A stretch of DNA of 64,000 nt. Origin: an uncultured Alphaproteobacteria bacterium. GTDB taxonomy: Bacteria > Pseudomonadota > Alphaproteobacteria > Rhizobiales > Aestuariivirgaceae. Where the stretch lies: assembly GCA_963787895.1 (NCBI GenBank), contig CAWBEX010000008.1, forward strand, positions 540,390 to 604,389. Reading direction: 5' to 3'. This document shows positions 19,462 to 30,986 of the stretch, piece after piece. The translations under genes and the position numbers were made by a program. Each line of letters begins with the position of its first letter. Position 1 is the stretch's first letter. The notes beneath the pieces were generated by a model, which searched no databases, was not told the origin of the DNA, and saw only the letters and a program-made list of their open reading frames with translations.

Positions 19462-19489
19462 TCATCAGGCCGATGTGGCATGTTGAAAT

Positions 19490-19526
19490 GGCCGGTCAGC
19501 GGTAAGATTGCTGGCCGGTCTTTTTT
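19490..19526 (+). terminator. Rho-independent terminator after rpsA
   Basis: GC-rich stem ggccggtcagc / gctggccggtc followed by a T-run at 19521-19526. Confidence 0.65.
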
Positions 19527-19565
19527 GTTGCAGGGTCTTTCCAACTCAACCGGAGCTTGAAGCGC

Positions 19566-20525
19566 ATGTCACTTGAAGCGGATACGATGCTGGTCAAACA
19601 CAAACTTCGCAAGCGCGTGGCCTTGTGGCGGGCGTTGGCGGTCGCTCTTGCTGTGCTGACAGTCATCGCCGTTGCGTATGGCGCCTCCGGGCCAGGGTTT
19701 GACCTTGGCAAGAAGGTCGACCATGTGGCGCGCATCAAGGTGTCTGGCCTGATTACCGGCGATGACGCGACAATTGAAATGTTGCGCGAGATCGAGAAGT
19801 CAAAGCAGGTCAAGGCGCTGCTGGTCCAGATTGACAGCCCTGGTGGCACCACCGCCGGGTCGGAAGCGATTTATGAACGCATTCGTGCAATCGCCAAGGA
19901 CCGCCCTGTCGTGGCCGTAATGGAAACCGTGGCAGCATCGGGTGGTTACATCACCGCCATTGCTGCCGACCATATTGTGGCCCGCGGCAACACCATCACC
20001 GGCTCGGTTGGTGTAATCTTTCAGTGGGCCCAGATTGGTGAACTCCTCGGCAAGATTGGCGTGACCATGCGCGAGCGCAAGTCAGGCGACCTGAAGGCTG
20101 AGCCGAACATGTTTCAGGAGCCGTCCGAACAGGTCCTGGCCGTGACCGATGAAATGATCCGTGACAGCTTTGTCTGGTTCACTGATCTTGTCAGGCAGAG
20201 ACGCAACCTGACGTCATCCCAGATGACCTTGATTTCTGACGGGCGGGTTTTTACCGGCAGGCAGGCGCTCAAGAGCCAGCTGATTGATGAAATTGGCGGT
20301 GAAGATGAGGCGCGTGGATGGTTGAAACGCGATCACCAGATTGCAGATGAGTTAAAGCTGGTAGATTGGGCGCCAGTAAAGAGCTCTTCAACAACCGGCT
20401 TCGGTTTGCATTCAATGAGCGCGATACTAGGCTGGTTTGGTATTCCGGTGCCGACAGCGCCTCTGCTACCCGACTCTGCGAGGCTTGACGGACTGTTGGT
20501 GCTTTGGCACCCTGAAATCAACTAG
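19566..20525 (+). CDS. sppA: Signal peptide peptidase SppA (S49)
   Basis: N-terminal [44 protein letters not shown]. Confidence 0.93.
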   Translation: MSLEADTMLVKHKLRKRVALWRALAVALAVLTVIAVAYGASGPGFDLGKKVDHVARIKVSGLITGDDATIEMLREIEKSKQVKALLVQIDSPGGTTAGSEAIYERIRAIAKDRPVVAVMETVAASGGYITAIAADHIVARGNTITGSVGVIFQWAQIGELLGKIGVTMRERKSGDLKAEPNMFQEPSEQVLAVTDEMIRDSFVWFTDLVRQRRNLTSSQMTLISDGRVFTGRQALKSQLIDEIGGEDEARGWLKRDHQIADELKLVDWAPVKSSSTTGFGLHSMSAILGWFGIPVPTAPLLPDSARLDGLLVLWHPEIN

Positions 20526-20578
20526 GCAGGATTGCTTGCCCGCATTTACAACCCAACAAGGGTAAAAGGTGTTTTCCA

Positions 20579-20869
20579 ATGATCAAATCAGAGCTAATTC
20601 AACAGATAGCAGTTATGCATCCGCATTTGTTCCAACGCGATGTCGAGCGCATAGTCAATACGATCCTTGAAGAGATCTCCGGTGCACTGGCAGCTGGCAA
20701 CAGGGTGGAATTGCGCGGGTTTGGCGCATTCTCCGTCAAGCAGCGTGAAGCGCGGCAGGGACGCAATCCGCGTACCGGCAAGGCCGTCAAGGTTGACGCC
20801 AAGCAGGTTCCATTCTTCAAGACAGGCAAGGAATTGCGCTTGCGGCTTAATGACGGCAAGGATTACTAA
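20579..20869 (+). CDS. ihfB: Integration host factor beta subunit
   Basis: [43 protein letters not shown]. Confidence 0.96.
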   Translation: MIKSELIQQIAVMHPHLFQRDVERIVNTILEEISGALAAGNRVELRGFGAFSVKQREARQGRNPRTGKAVKVDAKQVPFFKTGKELRLRLNDGKDY

Positions 20870-21202
20870 GTGGCTTTCAAGCGTGTCTTTTCATGGATTG
20901 TTGGCGCGCCGGTAGCGATACTGCTGATATGTTTCGCGGTTGCAAACCGGCACTGGACCAGCGTGTCACTTGATCCAATCAACACCGCAAACCCGTGGCT
21001 GGCTGTATCCATGCCCACCTTTCTCATTTTCTTTGCCGGAATTTTCATTGGCATGATTGTTGGCGGCAGCGTGGTCTGGATGCGTCAGGGCAAGTGGCGC
21101 AAACAGGCGCGCATGGCGCATACGCCAACTGAAACCACTGCCAACGCTGCATCGAAAGGCGAAGGTTCTCCATTGGTCCCGGCATTGCGCCAGCCAAACT
21201 GA
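20870..21202 (+). CDS. LapA/DUF1049 family membrane protein
   Basis: Two TM segments with FAVANRHWTSVSLDP; typical position after ihfB. Confidence 0.8.
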   Translation: MAFKRVFSWIVGAPVAILLICFAVANRHWTSVSLDPINTANPWLAVSMPTFLIFFAGIFIGMIVGGSVVWMRQGKWRKQARMAHTPTETTANAASKGEGSPLVPALRQPN

Positions 21203-21263
21203 TTGGCTAGACAAGGGCCCCTTGTGCCTCAAATTGTGCGCCGTATTCAGACAAGAGACTTCG

Positions 21264-21962
21264 ATGTACACCAACCCAATATGCGTAGCACTTGATACGC
21301 CGGACCCGGCACGCGCGGCCTTGCTTTGCGGCAAGCTCAAGGCGAGTGTGGGATTGGTGAAGGTTGGTATGGAGCTTTTCTACAGGACCGGTGAAGCCGG
21401 ATACCGAGAGGTGGCGGACGCGGGCGTTCCAGTGTTCCTTGACCTGAAACTTCACGACATTCCTAACACTGTTGCGCAAGGCCTGACATCATTGCTGCAG
21501 ATGGCTCCTGCGCCAGCGATAGTAAACGTTCACGCTTCAGGTGGCCCTGCAATGCTGGAGGCAGCTGCCAGGGCAGTTGACGGCAAGGCGAAACTCATCG
21601 CGGTGACAGTGTTGACCAGTCTGTCCACTCACGACATTCACTGTGCCGGCTTTGACCCTGCCGCAGATACTGCGGCTACGGCCGTCAGGCTGGCGAAATT
21701 GTCCAGGCAATGCGGTCTCGATGGGGTTGTCTGCTCACCCCATGATATTGTGGCCATTAAACAGGCATGCGGGGCTGATTTTCTTGCCGTGGTTCCTGGG
21801 GTGCGTCCGGCAGGTACTGATGTGCAAGACCAGAAGCGTGTGGCAACGCCAGCAAGCGCAGTTGCTGACGGCGCCGATGTTCTGGTGATCGGCCGGCCCA
21901 TAACCCAGGCTGATGATCCTGCTGTAGCTGCAGCAGACATCGCCCGAAGCCTAGGGGTGTGA
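21264..21962 (+). CDS. pyrF: Orotidine-5'-phosphate decarboxylase
   Basis: ICVALD, VFLDLKLHDIPNTV, VVPGVRP, LVIGRPIT; ATG at 21264. Confidence 0.96.
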   Translation: MYTNPICVALDTPDPARAALLCGKLKASVGLVKVGMELFYRTGEAGYREVADAGVPVFLDLKLHDIPNTVAQGLTSLLQMAPAPAIVNVHASGGPAMLEAAARAVDGKAKLIAVTVLTSLSTHDIHCAGFDPAADTAATAVRLAKLSRQCGLDGVVCSPHDIVAIKQACGADFLAVVPGVRPAGTDVQDQKRVATPASAVADGADVLVIGRPITQADDPAVAAADIARSLGV

Positions 21963-21966
21963 GGTG

Positions 21967-22620
21967 ATGTCGACAACAGAAATCAAGATTTGCGGCCTGT
22001 CTGCCCCCGAACAGATGCATGCGGCAGTGGAGGCGGGAGCAGACTATGTCGGACTGATGTTTTATGAGCCCAGCCCGCGTAACGTCTCCGTGCCTGTTGC
22101 ACAAGAGTTGGCAGCCATTGCGCGGAACCGGTCAAAGATTGTTGCTGTTTTGGTCGATGCTGATGACAGCCTGATCGATGCCATCAATGTCAGTGTCAAG
22201 CCCGACTTTTTTCAGGCCCACGGCTCGGAAACTCCAGCGCGTCTGGCAGAGATTACGGCGCGCACTGCGGTGCCTGTAATCAAGGTGATCAAGGTCAGGG
22301 ACGCTTCAGACATTGAAACAGCTGCAGACTATGCTGATGTTGCTGACTTCATTCTCTTTGACGCCAGGGCGCCAGATGCGCTGGCAGATGCCTTGCCAGG
22401 CGGCAATGGTGTTGCTTTTGACTGGTCGCTGCTGGCAGGCGATGCAGGCCAACCCCGGTTCATGCTGTCAGGCGGATTGAATGCAGACAATGTGGCCAAG
22501 GCCATTGCCGTGACTGGGGCGCCCATGGTGGATGTATCCTCAGGTGTCGAGAGTGCACCGGGCAACAAGGATGCAACAGCTATCGTGAATTTCATTGAGG
22601 CGGTGCGCCAGCACGGCTAG
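21967..22620 (+). CDS. trpF: Phosphoribosylanthranilate isomerase
   Basis: IKICGL, FQAHGSE, GGNGVAFDW, LSGGLNADNV, VDVSSGVE. Confidence 0.96.
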   Translation: MSTTEIKICGLSAPEQMHAAVEAGADYVGLMFYEPSPRNVSVPVAQELAAIARNRSKIVAVLVDADDSLIDAINVSVKPDFFQAHGSETPARLAEITARTAVPVIKVIKVRDASDIETAADYADVADFILFDARAPDALADALPGGNGVAFDWSLLAGDAGQPRFMLSGGLNADNVAKAIAVTGAPMVDVSSGVESAPGNKDATAIVNFIEAVRQHG

Positions 22621-22663
22621 AACAGTTTGAGTATCCGGTTTTTGTTGTTGGAAAGTAGTAGCA

Positions 22664-23881
22664 ATGAGTTCATCCGCACCTAACTCGTTTCGCACAGGGC
22701 CTGACGAAAGCGGCCTGTTCGGAATTTTCGGCGGGCGTTTTGTCGCGGAAACGCTGATGCCGAATATCCTGGAGCTTGAAGAGGCCTATTCAACGGCAAG
22801 AAGCGATCCTGCCTACCAGGCAGAACTGGACGATTTTCTCGAGCACTATGTAGGCAGGCCATCACCCCTGTATTACGCTGAACGGCTCACAGAGCACCTT
22901 GGCGGCGCAAAAATCTACTTCAAGCGTGACGAACTCAATCATACCGGTGCCCACAAGATCAACAACGTGATGGGGCAGATTCTGCTCGCGCGCCGTATGG
23001 GCAAGAGCCGCATCATTGCTGAAACAGGTGCCGGACAGCACGGCGTGGCAACTGCAACTGCATGCGCCCGTTTCGGGCTTGAATGCATAGTCTACATGGG
23101 CGCTACCGACGTGGCACGCCAGGCACCAAACGTGTTTCGCATGAAACTGCTTGGGGCTGAGGTCGTGCCCGTCACGTCAGGGCGCTCAACCTTGAAGGAC
23201 GCGATGAACGAGGCCCTGCGAGACTGGGTTACCAATGTTGGAAACACCTTCTACTGCATAGGCACGGTTGCCGGCCCGCACCCATACCCTGCCATGGTGC
23301 GTGATTTCCAGTCGGTCATCGGCAAGGAAACCAAGCAGCAGATGATGCAGCGAGAAGGCCGGTTGCCCGACTCGCTGATTGCCGCCATCGGCGGTGGTTC
23401 GAACGCCATGGGCTTGTTCCATCCGTTTCTTGATGATGCCTCGGTGGAGATAATCGGCGTTGAAGCTGCTGGCAAAGGGGTGGATACCGATGAGCATGCT
23501 GCCTCCATTACTGGCGGCCGCCCCGGTGTGTTGCACGGCAATCGCACGTATCTGCTGATGGACGATGACGGGCAGATAACCGAGGCACACTCTATTTCGG
23601 CAGGCCTGGATTATCCCGGCATCGGGCCGGAGCATTCCTGGCTGAATGACATTGGCAGGGTAAAGTATATTTCAGCCACCGATGATGAGGCACTCAACGC
23701 GTTCAAGCTGTGCTGCCAGCTGGAGGGCATCATACCTGCATTGGAGCCATCTCATGCTCTGGCCAAGGTTGTGGACATCGCGCCTACCAAACCGAAAGAT
23801 CACCTGATGGTCATGAACATGTGCGGGCGTGGCGACAAGGACATCTTCACTGTGGCCGAACATCTGGGGGTAAAGCTGTGA
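22664..23881 (+). CDS. trpB: Tryptophan synthase beta chain
   Basis: [40 protein letters not shown]. Confidence 0.98.
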   Translation: MSSSAPNSFRTGPDESGLFGIFGGRFVAETLMPNILELEEAYSTARSDPAYQAELDDFLEHYVGRPSPLYYAERLTEHLGGAKIYFKRDELNHTGAHKINNVMGQILLARRMGKSRIIAETGAGQHGVATATACARFGLECIVYMGATDVARQAPNVFRMKLLGAEVVPVTSGRSTLKDAMNEALRDWVTNVGNTFYCIGTVAGPHPYPAMVRDFQSVIGKETKQQMMQREGRLPDSLIAAIGGGSNAMGLFHPFLDDASVEIIGVEAAGKGVDTDEHAASITGGRPGVLHGNRTYLLMDDDGQITEAHSISAGLDYPGIGPEHSWLNDIGRVKYISATDDEALNAFKLCCQLEGIIPALEPSHALAKVVDIAPTKPKDHLMVMNMCGRGDKDIFTVAEHLGVKL

Positions 23882-24723
23882 GTGCTGGAACCCGTATTGA
23901 GGCCCGTTTTGCTGCTTTGAAGGCGCAAGGCCGCGCCGCACTCGTTACGTTTGTGACCGCCGGAGATCCTGACTATGACACCTCGCTGTCGCTGGTCAAG
24001 GCGTTGCCCGGTGCGGGTGCTGATGTGATCGAGCTTGGCATGCCCTTTACTGACCCGATGGCCGATGGCCCTGCAATTCAGGCATCATCGCTGCGTGCGC
24101 TCCGCGCCGGACAGAACATGATCAAGACGTTGAAGCTGGTCTCTCAGTTCCGCGAGAGCGACAACGAGACCCCGATCGTGCTGATGGGATATTACAACCC
24201 GATTTATATATACGGCGTGGACAGGTTTATCGCCGATGCAAAGGCTGCCGGTGTTGATGGCTTGATTGTTGTCGACCTGCCACCTGAAGAAGATCACGAA
24301 CTTTGCATTCCGGCACTGCAGCAAGGCCTCAACTTCATTCGCCTGGCCACCCCGACAACTGACGACAAGCGGTTACCCAAGGTTCTCACCAACACGTCAG
24401 GCTTTGTGTATTACGTGTCAGTCACCGGGATTACTGGCTCCCAGGCGCCAGACGCATCGCGGGTCAAGGATGCTGTGGCCCGTATCAAAAGCCATACGGA
24501 CCTTCCGGTTGCTGTCGGGTTTGGTGTCCGCACAGCTCAGCAGGCGGCAGATATCGCCAGGGGCGCTGATGGTGTGGTCGTAGGATCGGCACTTGTGAAC
24601 ACCATAAAGCAGAGTCTCGACCCCGCCGGCAAGGCGACAGCCGGTACCGTTGATGGCGTCTTGCAGCTCGTGTCCGAGCTGGCGCAGGGTGTCCGGCAGG
24701 GTGGAATGGGTAGCGGCAGATGA
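23878..24723 (+). CDS. trpA: Tryptophan synthase alpha chain
   Basis: GTG start overlapping the trpB stop; [35 protein letters not shown]. Confidence 0.97.
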   Translation: MSAGTRIEARFAALKAQGRAALVTFVTAGDPDYDTSLSLVKALPGAGADVIELGMPFTDPMADGPAIQASSLRALRAGQNMIKTLKLVSQFRESDNETPIVLMGYYNPIYIYGVDRFIADAKAAGVDGLIVVDLPPEEDHELCIPALQQGLNFIRLATPTTDDKRLPKVLTNTSGFVYYVSVTGITGSQAPDASRVKDAVARIKSHTDLPVAVGFGVRTAQQAADIARGADGVVVGSALVNTIKQSLDPAGKATAGTVDGVLQLVSELAQGVRQGGMGSGR

Positions 24724-25649
24724 ACTGGATCAAGAACTTTGTCAGGCCAAAGATTTCCGGAATTCTCGGGACCAAGCGGGATGTGCCTGAGAATATGTGG
24801 ATCAAGTGCCCTGAGTCAGGCGAGATGGTGTTTCATCGCGATCTGGAAGCCAATCAGTTCGTTATCCCGCGATCTGGCTATCATATGCGCATGGCGCCTG
24901 ATGCGCGCTTGAAGCACACTTTTGATGGAGGCAAGTGGACCACGATCGAATTGCCGGATGTGGCTCTTGATCCGCTGAAATTTCGCGATGAACGCAAGTA
25001 TACCGACCGGCTGAAGGAAGCTCGCGCAAAGACTGACCGCAAGGATGCAATCGTTGCCGGGCGTGGCACCATTGACGGCCTTGAGATGGTTGCGGTTGTG
25101 CAGGACTTTGCCTTCATGGGCGGTTCGCTCGGAATGGCCGCAGGCGAGGGCATTATCACTGCGATGTTCGAGGCAGCAGACAACAAGTTGCCTCTCATTC
25201 TTTACGCGTCTTCCGGCGGGGCGCGAATGCAGGAAGGCATTCTTTCGCTGATGCAACTGCCGCGTACGACAGTAGGCGTGCAGCGTTTGCGTGAGGCAGG
25301 CTGCCCCTACATCGTGGTTCTGACACACCCCACTACCGGTGGCGTGACCGCATCCTATGCGATGCTGGGTGATATCCACATTGCTGAGCCAGGCGCGCTG
25401 ATCGGTTTTGCCGGCCCGCGCGTCATCGAGCAGACGATCCGGGAAAAGCTGCCCGATGGATTCCAGCGGTCTGAGTATCTGCGTGATCACGGCATGGTCG
25501 ATATGGTGGTGCACAGGCACCAGCTGCGCGAAACCTTGTCAAACGTGCTGCATATCCTGGGCAAGAAACCTGCACCACAGCGTTCGATTGCAACACAGAC
25601 CCCCGTCCCAGACAGGACTGGACCTGCCACAGAATCAGCCGAGGCCTGA
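24720..25649 (+). CDS. accD: Acetyl-CoA carboxylase carboxyltransferase beta
   Basis: [53 protein letters not shown]. Confidence 0.97.
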   Translation: MNWIKNFVRPKISGILGTKRDVPENMWIKCPESGEMVFHRDLEANQFVIPRSGYHMRMAPDARLKHTFDGGKWTTIELPDVALDPLKFRDERKYTDRLKEARAKTDRKDAIVAGRGTIDGLEMVAVVQDFAFMGGSLGMAAGEGIITAMFEAADNKLPLILYASSGGARMQEGILSLMQLPRTTVGVQRLREAGCPYIVVLTHPTTGGVTASYAMLGDIHIAEPGALIGFAGPRVIEQTIREKLPDGFQRSEYLRDHGMVDMVVHRHQLRETLSNVLHILGKKPAPQRSIATQTPVPDRTGPATESAEA

Positions 25650-25654
25650 AGCCC

Positions 25655-27004
25655 ATGGCCGTCAGTGATGCAATCTTGATGCGGCTTCTAGAGCTGCATC
25701 CCAAGATAATTGACTTGTCCCTGGATCGCATGTGGCGAATTCTGGAGGCGATCGGCAATCCGCACCTTGCATTGCCTCCTGTGGTCCACATTGCAGGTAC
25801 AAACGGCAAGGGGTCCACGCTGGCGTACATGCGATCTATCATGGAGGCTGCGGGCCTCTCGGTGCATGCCTATACCTCACCGCACCTTGTCAAGTTTCAC
25901 GAACGCATCAGGATCGGCAGCCCAGGCGGCGGCGAGCTGATACCGGAGCCAATGCTGGTTGATTTGCTGGAGGAATGCGAAACGGCCAACAAGGGCGAAC
26001 CGATTACGTTCTTCGAAATCACCACGGCAGCTGCAATGCTGGCCTTTGCGCGCAACAAGGCGGACTATGTGTTGCTGGAAGTCGGGCTTGGCGGCAGGCT
26101 TGACGCAACCAATGTAGTCAGTAATCCGGCACTTTGCGTCATCACTCCGGTGGACATGGATCATGAACAGTATCTTGGTGACACGATTGCCAAGATTGCT
26201 GCTGAAAAAGCCGGCATTCTCAAGCCTGGTTGCCCGGCGTGCATCGGAGTGCAGCATGATGAGGCTGCCGCCACTATCGAATCTGCCGGCAGCAGACTTG
26301 GCACGCCAATGAAATTCGCAGACCGTGACTTTCAATGCTTCGAGCAATATGGCCGGCTGGTGTATCAGGAAGAAGATGAACTGCTCGACCTGGACCTGCC
26401 AGGTCTGCCGGGCCGCTTTCAGATCGACAATGCCGGTTTGGCGCTCGCCGGCATTCGGAGCTTGGCGGACGATCGAATTATTCCGGATCACATGTCTGCT
26501 GGCCTAGCAACGGTCAGGTGGGCGGCACGATTGGAGCGGTTAGGCCAGGGGTACCTGCACACACTTGTGCCCGATGGCACCGAGATATGGCTCGATGGCG
26601 GTCACAATCCATCTGCTGGCCAGGCTCTGGCAGGCGCACTCGCCGACCTTGATGATCGCTCGCCTCGTCCATTGGTCATGGTGTCGGGCATGCTGAACAC
26701 CAAACGCGCCGAAGGTTATCTGAAGCCCTTTGCCGGTTTGGTCCACAAGCTACTGACCATTGATATTCCGGGTGAGGCAAACACAATCCCGGCTGCCGAA
26801 CTTGCCCGAACAGCCAATGCTTGCGGCCTTGATGCGCGCCCATATGCCAGCCTTGAACAGGCATTGAGGGCGGCGGGAGAGATTGCCAGAAGTGACGGTC
26901 CGGCCCGAATTCTGATTGGCGGCTCACTTTACCTGGCTGGCAATGTGCTGGCGTTGCACCTCGGTGAAAAGCCAAGTCAGGTGTCTGGCACGGCGCGGCG
27001 CTAG
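25655..27004 (+). CDS. folC: Folylpolyglutamate synthase/dihydrofolate synthase
   Basis: HIAGTNGKGST, YTSPHL, EVGLGGRLDATN, DGGHNP, GSLYLAG. Confidence 0.96.
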   Translation: MAVSDAILMRLLELHPKIIDLSLDRMWRILEAIGNPHLALPPVVHIAGTNGKGSTLAYMRSIMEAAGLSVHAYTSPHLVKFHERIRIGSPGGGELIPEPMLVDLLEECETANKGEPITFFEITTAAAMLAFARNKADYVLLEVGLGGRLDATNVVSNPALCVITPVDMDHEQYLGDTIAKIAAEKAGILKPGCPACIGVQHDEAAATIESAGSRLGTPMKFADRDFQCFEQYGRLVYQEEDELLDLDLPGLPGRFQIDNAGLALAGIRSLADDRIIPDHMSAGLATVRWAARLERLGQGYLHTLVPDGTEIWLDGGHNPSAGQALAGALADLDDRSPRPLVMVSGMLNTKRAEGYLKPFAGLVHKLLTIDIPGEANTIPAAELARTANACGLDARPYASLEQALRAAGEIARSDGPARILIGGSLYLAGNVLALHLGEKPSQVSGTARR

Positions 27005-27014
27005 AAACAAAAAG

Positions 27015-27042
27015 AGGGCAGCACCGTTTTCGGCACTGCCCT
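27015..27042. terminator. Bidirectional terminator between folC and trxA
   Basis: agggcag / ctgccct stem with inner ccg/cgg; A-run on the left side; between convergent genes. Confidence 0.6.
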
Positions 27043-27063
27043 TGTCAATAACAGCGATGTGCC

Positions 27064-27384
27064 TCAGATCGACGACTTGATCCAGTCGGCGATCTTGCCT
27101 TTCGGGTTCGCGCCAACCTGGGTAGCAGCCACCTCACCGCCTTTGAAAACCATCAATGTCGGAATCCCGCGTACACCATATTTTGATGGAACAGACGGGT
27201 TCTCGTCGATGTTGATCTTTACGATCTTCACATTGCCGCCGAGCTCGTCAGACAGTTCCTCGAGCGACGGGCCGATCATCTTGCACGGACCGCACCATTC
27301 TGCCCAGAAATCTACGACGACGGGAGTGTCAGACTTGATCACATCGGTTTCAAATGATGCATCGGTAACAGGACTTGTAGCCAT
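27064..27384 (-). CDS. trxA: Thioredoxin
   Basis: [13 protein letters not shown] active site. Confidence 0.98.
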   Translation of the reverse strand: MATSPVTDASFETDVIKSDTPVVVDFWAEWCGPCKMIGPSLEELSDELGGNVKIVKINIDENPSVPSKYGVRGIPTLMVFKGGEVAATQVGANPKGKIADWIKSSI

Positions 27385-27473
27385 ATTGAAAAACCTTTCC
27401 TTTGCGGAGTATGAATCACCTGTACAGATAAGTAGGTATTGCCTGTCACGTGGTCAAGCACATCGCAGACGCA

Positions 27474-30400
27474 TTACACGGTTGTTATACCGGAGGTTTG
27501 CCAAGCCTGGTCGAGCAGGAGCTTGGGTATTGGCATGAGCTGCGGAGCATCGGTCCACAAAAGCGCGCACTCGATTGTTTTTTGCGGGTAAATTTGCTCA
27601 AGCGCCTTGCTATAGGCGGCCAGCTGGCGGAGGTAAATTTCGGGCACCTGGTCAACGCTGTCAGGCGGCGGCCGATTGGTCTTGAAATCAACCACCAGCA
27701 CGTGGTCCTCATCTACCAGCAAACGGTCAATCTGGCCTGACATGCCGACGGTGCTGCCATCCGGGCCCTGTATTTCTGCGGCGATGGAAACTTCAGGGCG
27801 TCCTGCGCCGCTGAACACTCTGGCAAAACGCAGGTCCGTGAAAAGGGCGGTCAGTTCATCGATCGTTGCATCAATTTCTTTGTCATTGGCACCATTGGAT
27901 TTCAGGTAGCGCCGGGCCGCAGCCTCACGTTCTTCCGGTGCAAGCTCCGGCAGCGTTTGCAGCAGCCGGTGCACCAGGATTCCACGACGAAACCGTTTGT
28001 CATTGCGCGGCACAAGAGGAGACAGCGCCACTTCGCTGCTCCAGCCGTCATCGGCGTCACCCTCTGACCCAAGCCTTGATGGTGCGAGCCATTTCTGCGG
28101 CCGGTCAACAGGTGGCGCTTGTACCCTGCCCCATGCAGCAGGCGGCTCGCACGGCCTGGCAGGTGCATCTTCACCGGACTCCTGCTTGACTTCAGGCACC
28201 TGTTCAGTCCCGCCACGCCAAATGCGTTGACCTCGCGCATTGATTTGTTCGCCAAGCAGCGGGGTTTCCCCGATCAGTGCGGCCAGCATCATCGCGTACC
28301 AGCAATTGTCATCCTTCGGGTCGCCATCCTTCGAAGTCTTGTTGACAAAGCCACAGACATATAACCGGTGACGGGCGCGGGTCATGGCTACGTAAAGCAG
28401 CCGGTTGTACTCGCGCAGCGCCTGGTTCTTCGCCCCGGCCTTCAGTTCCTCTGTGAGCGCCGTCTGGAATTCCGTCTTGAGCGTCCACACGGGCACAACC
28501 TCATCAGCCATCAGCACCTTGTCGGTTTTCTTTCCGTCCGGTACCGAGCAAGTGTCCGGCAAGAACACAATTGGTGCCTCAAGGCCCTTGGCACCATGGA
28601 CGGTCATGACGCGCACCTCGCCGCCTGCCTGGTCCATGTCGCGCTTGATCTCGGCTTGCGTCTCCTCAAGCCAGGCGAGAAAGCCTGCAAGTGATGGCGT
28701 GTGTTCGGCTTCGTAGTCGATGGCAAGCTGAGTAAAGGCATCTATTGGATCTGCAGCCTCCAGACCCAGCGCACCGAGCATGGCTTGCCTGCCACGCCCG
28801 CGCGCCAGCACGGTTGAGAAGAATTCATAAACCCCGGTGCGCTCTGCCAGTGAGCGCCATCGCAGCAGCCTGTCTCGAGCCGCAAGAAATGGCCTGCCGT
28901 TCTCCACTGCGGCATTCAGTTGTTGCCAGAGGCTGGCTGTTCCGCGATCATGACAAAGCTCAAACAACTCCTCATCAGTAAAGCGGCTGACCCCGTCATC
29001 TTGCGTTACAAGCGGGCTTTTGAGCAGACAGGCAAGGCTCAGATCATCCCGCGGCAGGATGGACGCCTGCGCCAGTGCCATGAGGTCCTGCACCGCTACG
29101 TGATCGAGTAGCTTCAGCCTGTCAGCCCCTGCAACCGCAACGCCTTTTTCCTTCAGCTTGCGAACGATTGCGGCCATGAGGTACGAGCGTTGACGCACAA
29201 GGATCAGTATGTCCGATGCCTTGATTGGCGTGTCATGTGTCAACATTCCCCGAGGCGAATCCTTGAGCCAGCTTCGAATGGTCTCGGCTATGCGCTCTGC
29301 CATGCGCATGTGGGGCGGCTCATCACTTAGCGGCCTTTTTGGTGTGAAGTGATCAACCTCGCCGTCCTTGTTGCCTACCTCAAGGTCCCAGATCTCGACC
29401 AGCCCCTCGCCATACCTGCCTATATCTCGGTGCTGAACTTTCGGTTGCAGACCCGATACAACACCAGCTTTCGCTTTCTCATGTTTGAACACCCGGTCCA
29501 CCGCTTCGAGGATCAACCTGCTGGAGCGGAAAGAATGAGAAAGTTCCACCTTCTCAAACTGCGAGCCTGCATCGCGGATACGGGCCTCGTACCATTGTTG
29601 CATCGCATCGAACTGTTCCGGCTGAGCGCCCTGGAATGAATAGATCGACTGTTTGCGGTCACCTACGGCAAACACCGTCCGAACGGTATCGGGCCGTGCA
29701 CCGTCGCCGGCAAAGAACTCCTCTGTCAGTGCATTTATGATGTTCCATTGCTCGGGGCTTGTGTCTTGCGCCTCGTCCAGCAGAATGTGGTCGATGCCAC
29801 CATCCAGCTTATACAACACCCAGGCCGCATCCGGCTTTTCTGACAATAAATCAACGGTTTGGTGCACAAGATCTTCAAAGTCATAGGCCGCATGTGCCAC
29901 TTTCAAACGCTTGAAGGTCTTTATGGTTTCCTGGCCAAAGTGCACAAGCGCAACAGTGGCTTCCTTGATGGTAAGGGCGTTTATCTTGTCCAGCGTTACG
30001 CTTACAAGTCCTTTGAGCTCAAGCAGTGTTTCCAGGCATTCGGGATGGTCATTCGAGAAGCTGCCAGCTACCAGTTTACTGTCAGCCTTCAAACTGCCGC
30101 TTGCATTCGTCACAATTTTGCGGGCGAGTACCCAAACCTCTTTTGGGTCTGATGCGGCCAGCAATTGTTCTATCAGGCTGGCTTGCTCTGGGTTGACTTT
30201 ACCCGTGCTTGTGGCCATCAAACTTGCAACTTCTTGCAGGGTATTGCTGTTCACGGCACCGGGAAGGGCGTCGATAATAGTGGTTTCAGTATCACCCGGG
30301 GCCACCCCGAACACCTGCTCGAGATCCGCTTCAAGGCGGGACAGTTCATTGCTGCCGCCATACCGCTGGAGAATCTTGCGGCCATGCTTGTTGAGGGTTT

Positions 30401-30986
30401 TCAGAAGATCCGGCAGCGAATGTTCGTTGGTAAACCGCATCAGTATGCTGACCGAGCGGCCGATATTTCCTTCACCCCGCACCAGCACCTCGGCGCGCGC
30501 GGCGTTCATCAGGTCGCGGCTGTCTTGCTCGCTCAATACCTTGAACCCAGGCACAACGCCTGCCTCGATTGGAAAGCGCTGCAACAAGCGCTCGCAAAAG
30601 GCATGAATGGTTTGCACCTTGAGGCCACCCGGTGTCTCAAGCGCCATGGTGAACAGGCGGCGCGCTTCTTCTACGCGAACGTCAGCGGCCTCGAATTGGC
30701 CGGTGTCCAAAAGGATGCGCTCTTTCAGGGCGGTGTCGTCAAGTGCAATCCAGCCAGAAAGCTTGTCGAACAGGCGGCTGGACATTTCTGCAGCTGCGGC
30801 CCGTGTATAGGTGAGACATAGAATCCGCTCGGGTTTCACGCCATTGAGCAGAAGCCGGATTACGCGTGAAACCAGAACGTGCGTCTTGCCAGCGCCGGCA
30901 TTGGCAGGCACGAAGGCTGATTGTTCCGGGCGGGATGCCATCTCCTGAGGCCCGGCTGCCTCCATGTTCAATGCAGGTTTGTTCAT
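27474..30986 (-). CDS. addA: Double-strand break repair helicase/nuclease AddA
   Basis: ANAGAGKT, CLTYT, TIHAFC, LLDEAQDT, VGDRKQSIYSFQG, MTVHGAKGLE, RLLYVAMTRA, C-terminal IDRL..VDFKT nuclease. Confidence 0.96.
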   Translation of the reverse strand: MNKPALNMEAAGPQEMASRPEQSAFVPANAGAGKTHVLVSRVIRLLLNGVKPERILCLTYTRAAAAEMSSRLFDKLSGWIALDDTALKERILLDTGQFEAADVRVEEARRLFTMALETPGGLKVQTIHAFCERLLQRFPIEAGVVPGFKVLSEQDSRDLMNAARAEVLVRGEGNIGRSVSILMRFTNEHSLPDLLKTLNKHGRKILQRYGGSNELSRLEADLEQVFGVAPGDTETTIIDALPGAVNSNTLQEVASLMATSTGKVNPEQASLIEQLLAASDPKEVWVLARKIVTNASGSLKADSKLVAGSFSNDHPECLETLLELKGLVSVTLDKINALTIKEATVALVHFGQETIKTFKRLKVAHAAYDFEDLVHQTVDLLSEKPDAAWVLYKLDGGIDHILLDEAQDTSPEQWNIINALTEEFFAGDGARPDTVRTVFAVGDRKQSIYSFQGAQPEQFDAMQQWYEARIRDAGSQFEKVELSHSFRSSRLILEAVDRVFKHEKAKAGVVSGLQPKVQHRDIGRYGEGLVEIWDLEVGNKDGEVDHFTPKRPLSDEPPHMRMAERIAETIRSWLKDSPRGMLTHDTPIKASDILILVRQRSYLMAAIVRKLKEKGVAVAGADRLKLLDHVAVQDLMALAQASILPRDDLSLACLLKSPLVTQDDGVSRFTDEELFELCHDRGTASLWQQLNAAVENGRPFLAARDRLLRWRSLAERTGVYEFFSTVLARGRGRQAMLGALGLEAADPIDAFTQLAIDYEAEHTPSLAGFLAWLEETQAEIKRDMDQAGGEVRVMTVHGAKGLEAPIVFLPDTCSVPDGKKTDKVLMADEVVPVWTLKTEFQTALTEELKAGAKNQALREYNRLLYVAMTRARHRLYVCGFVNKTSKDGDPKDDNCWYAMMLAALIGETPLLGEQINARGQRIWRGGTEQVPEVKQESGEDAPARPCEPPAAWGRVQAPPVDRPQKWLAPSRLGSEGDADDGWSSEVALSPLVPRNDKRFRRGILVHRLLQTLPELAPEEREAAARRYLKSNGANDKEIDATIDELTALFTDLRFARVFSGAGRPEVSIAAEIQGPDGSTVGMSGQIDRLLVDEDHVLVVDFKTNRPPPDSVDQVPEIYLRQLAAYSKALEQIYPQKTIECALLWTDAPQLMPIPKLLLDQAWQTSGITTV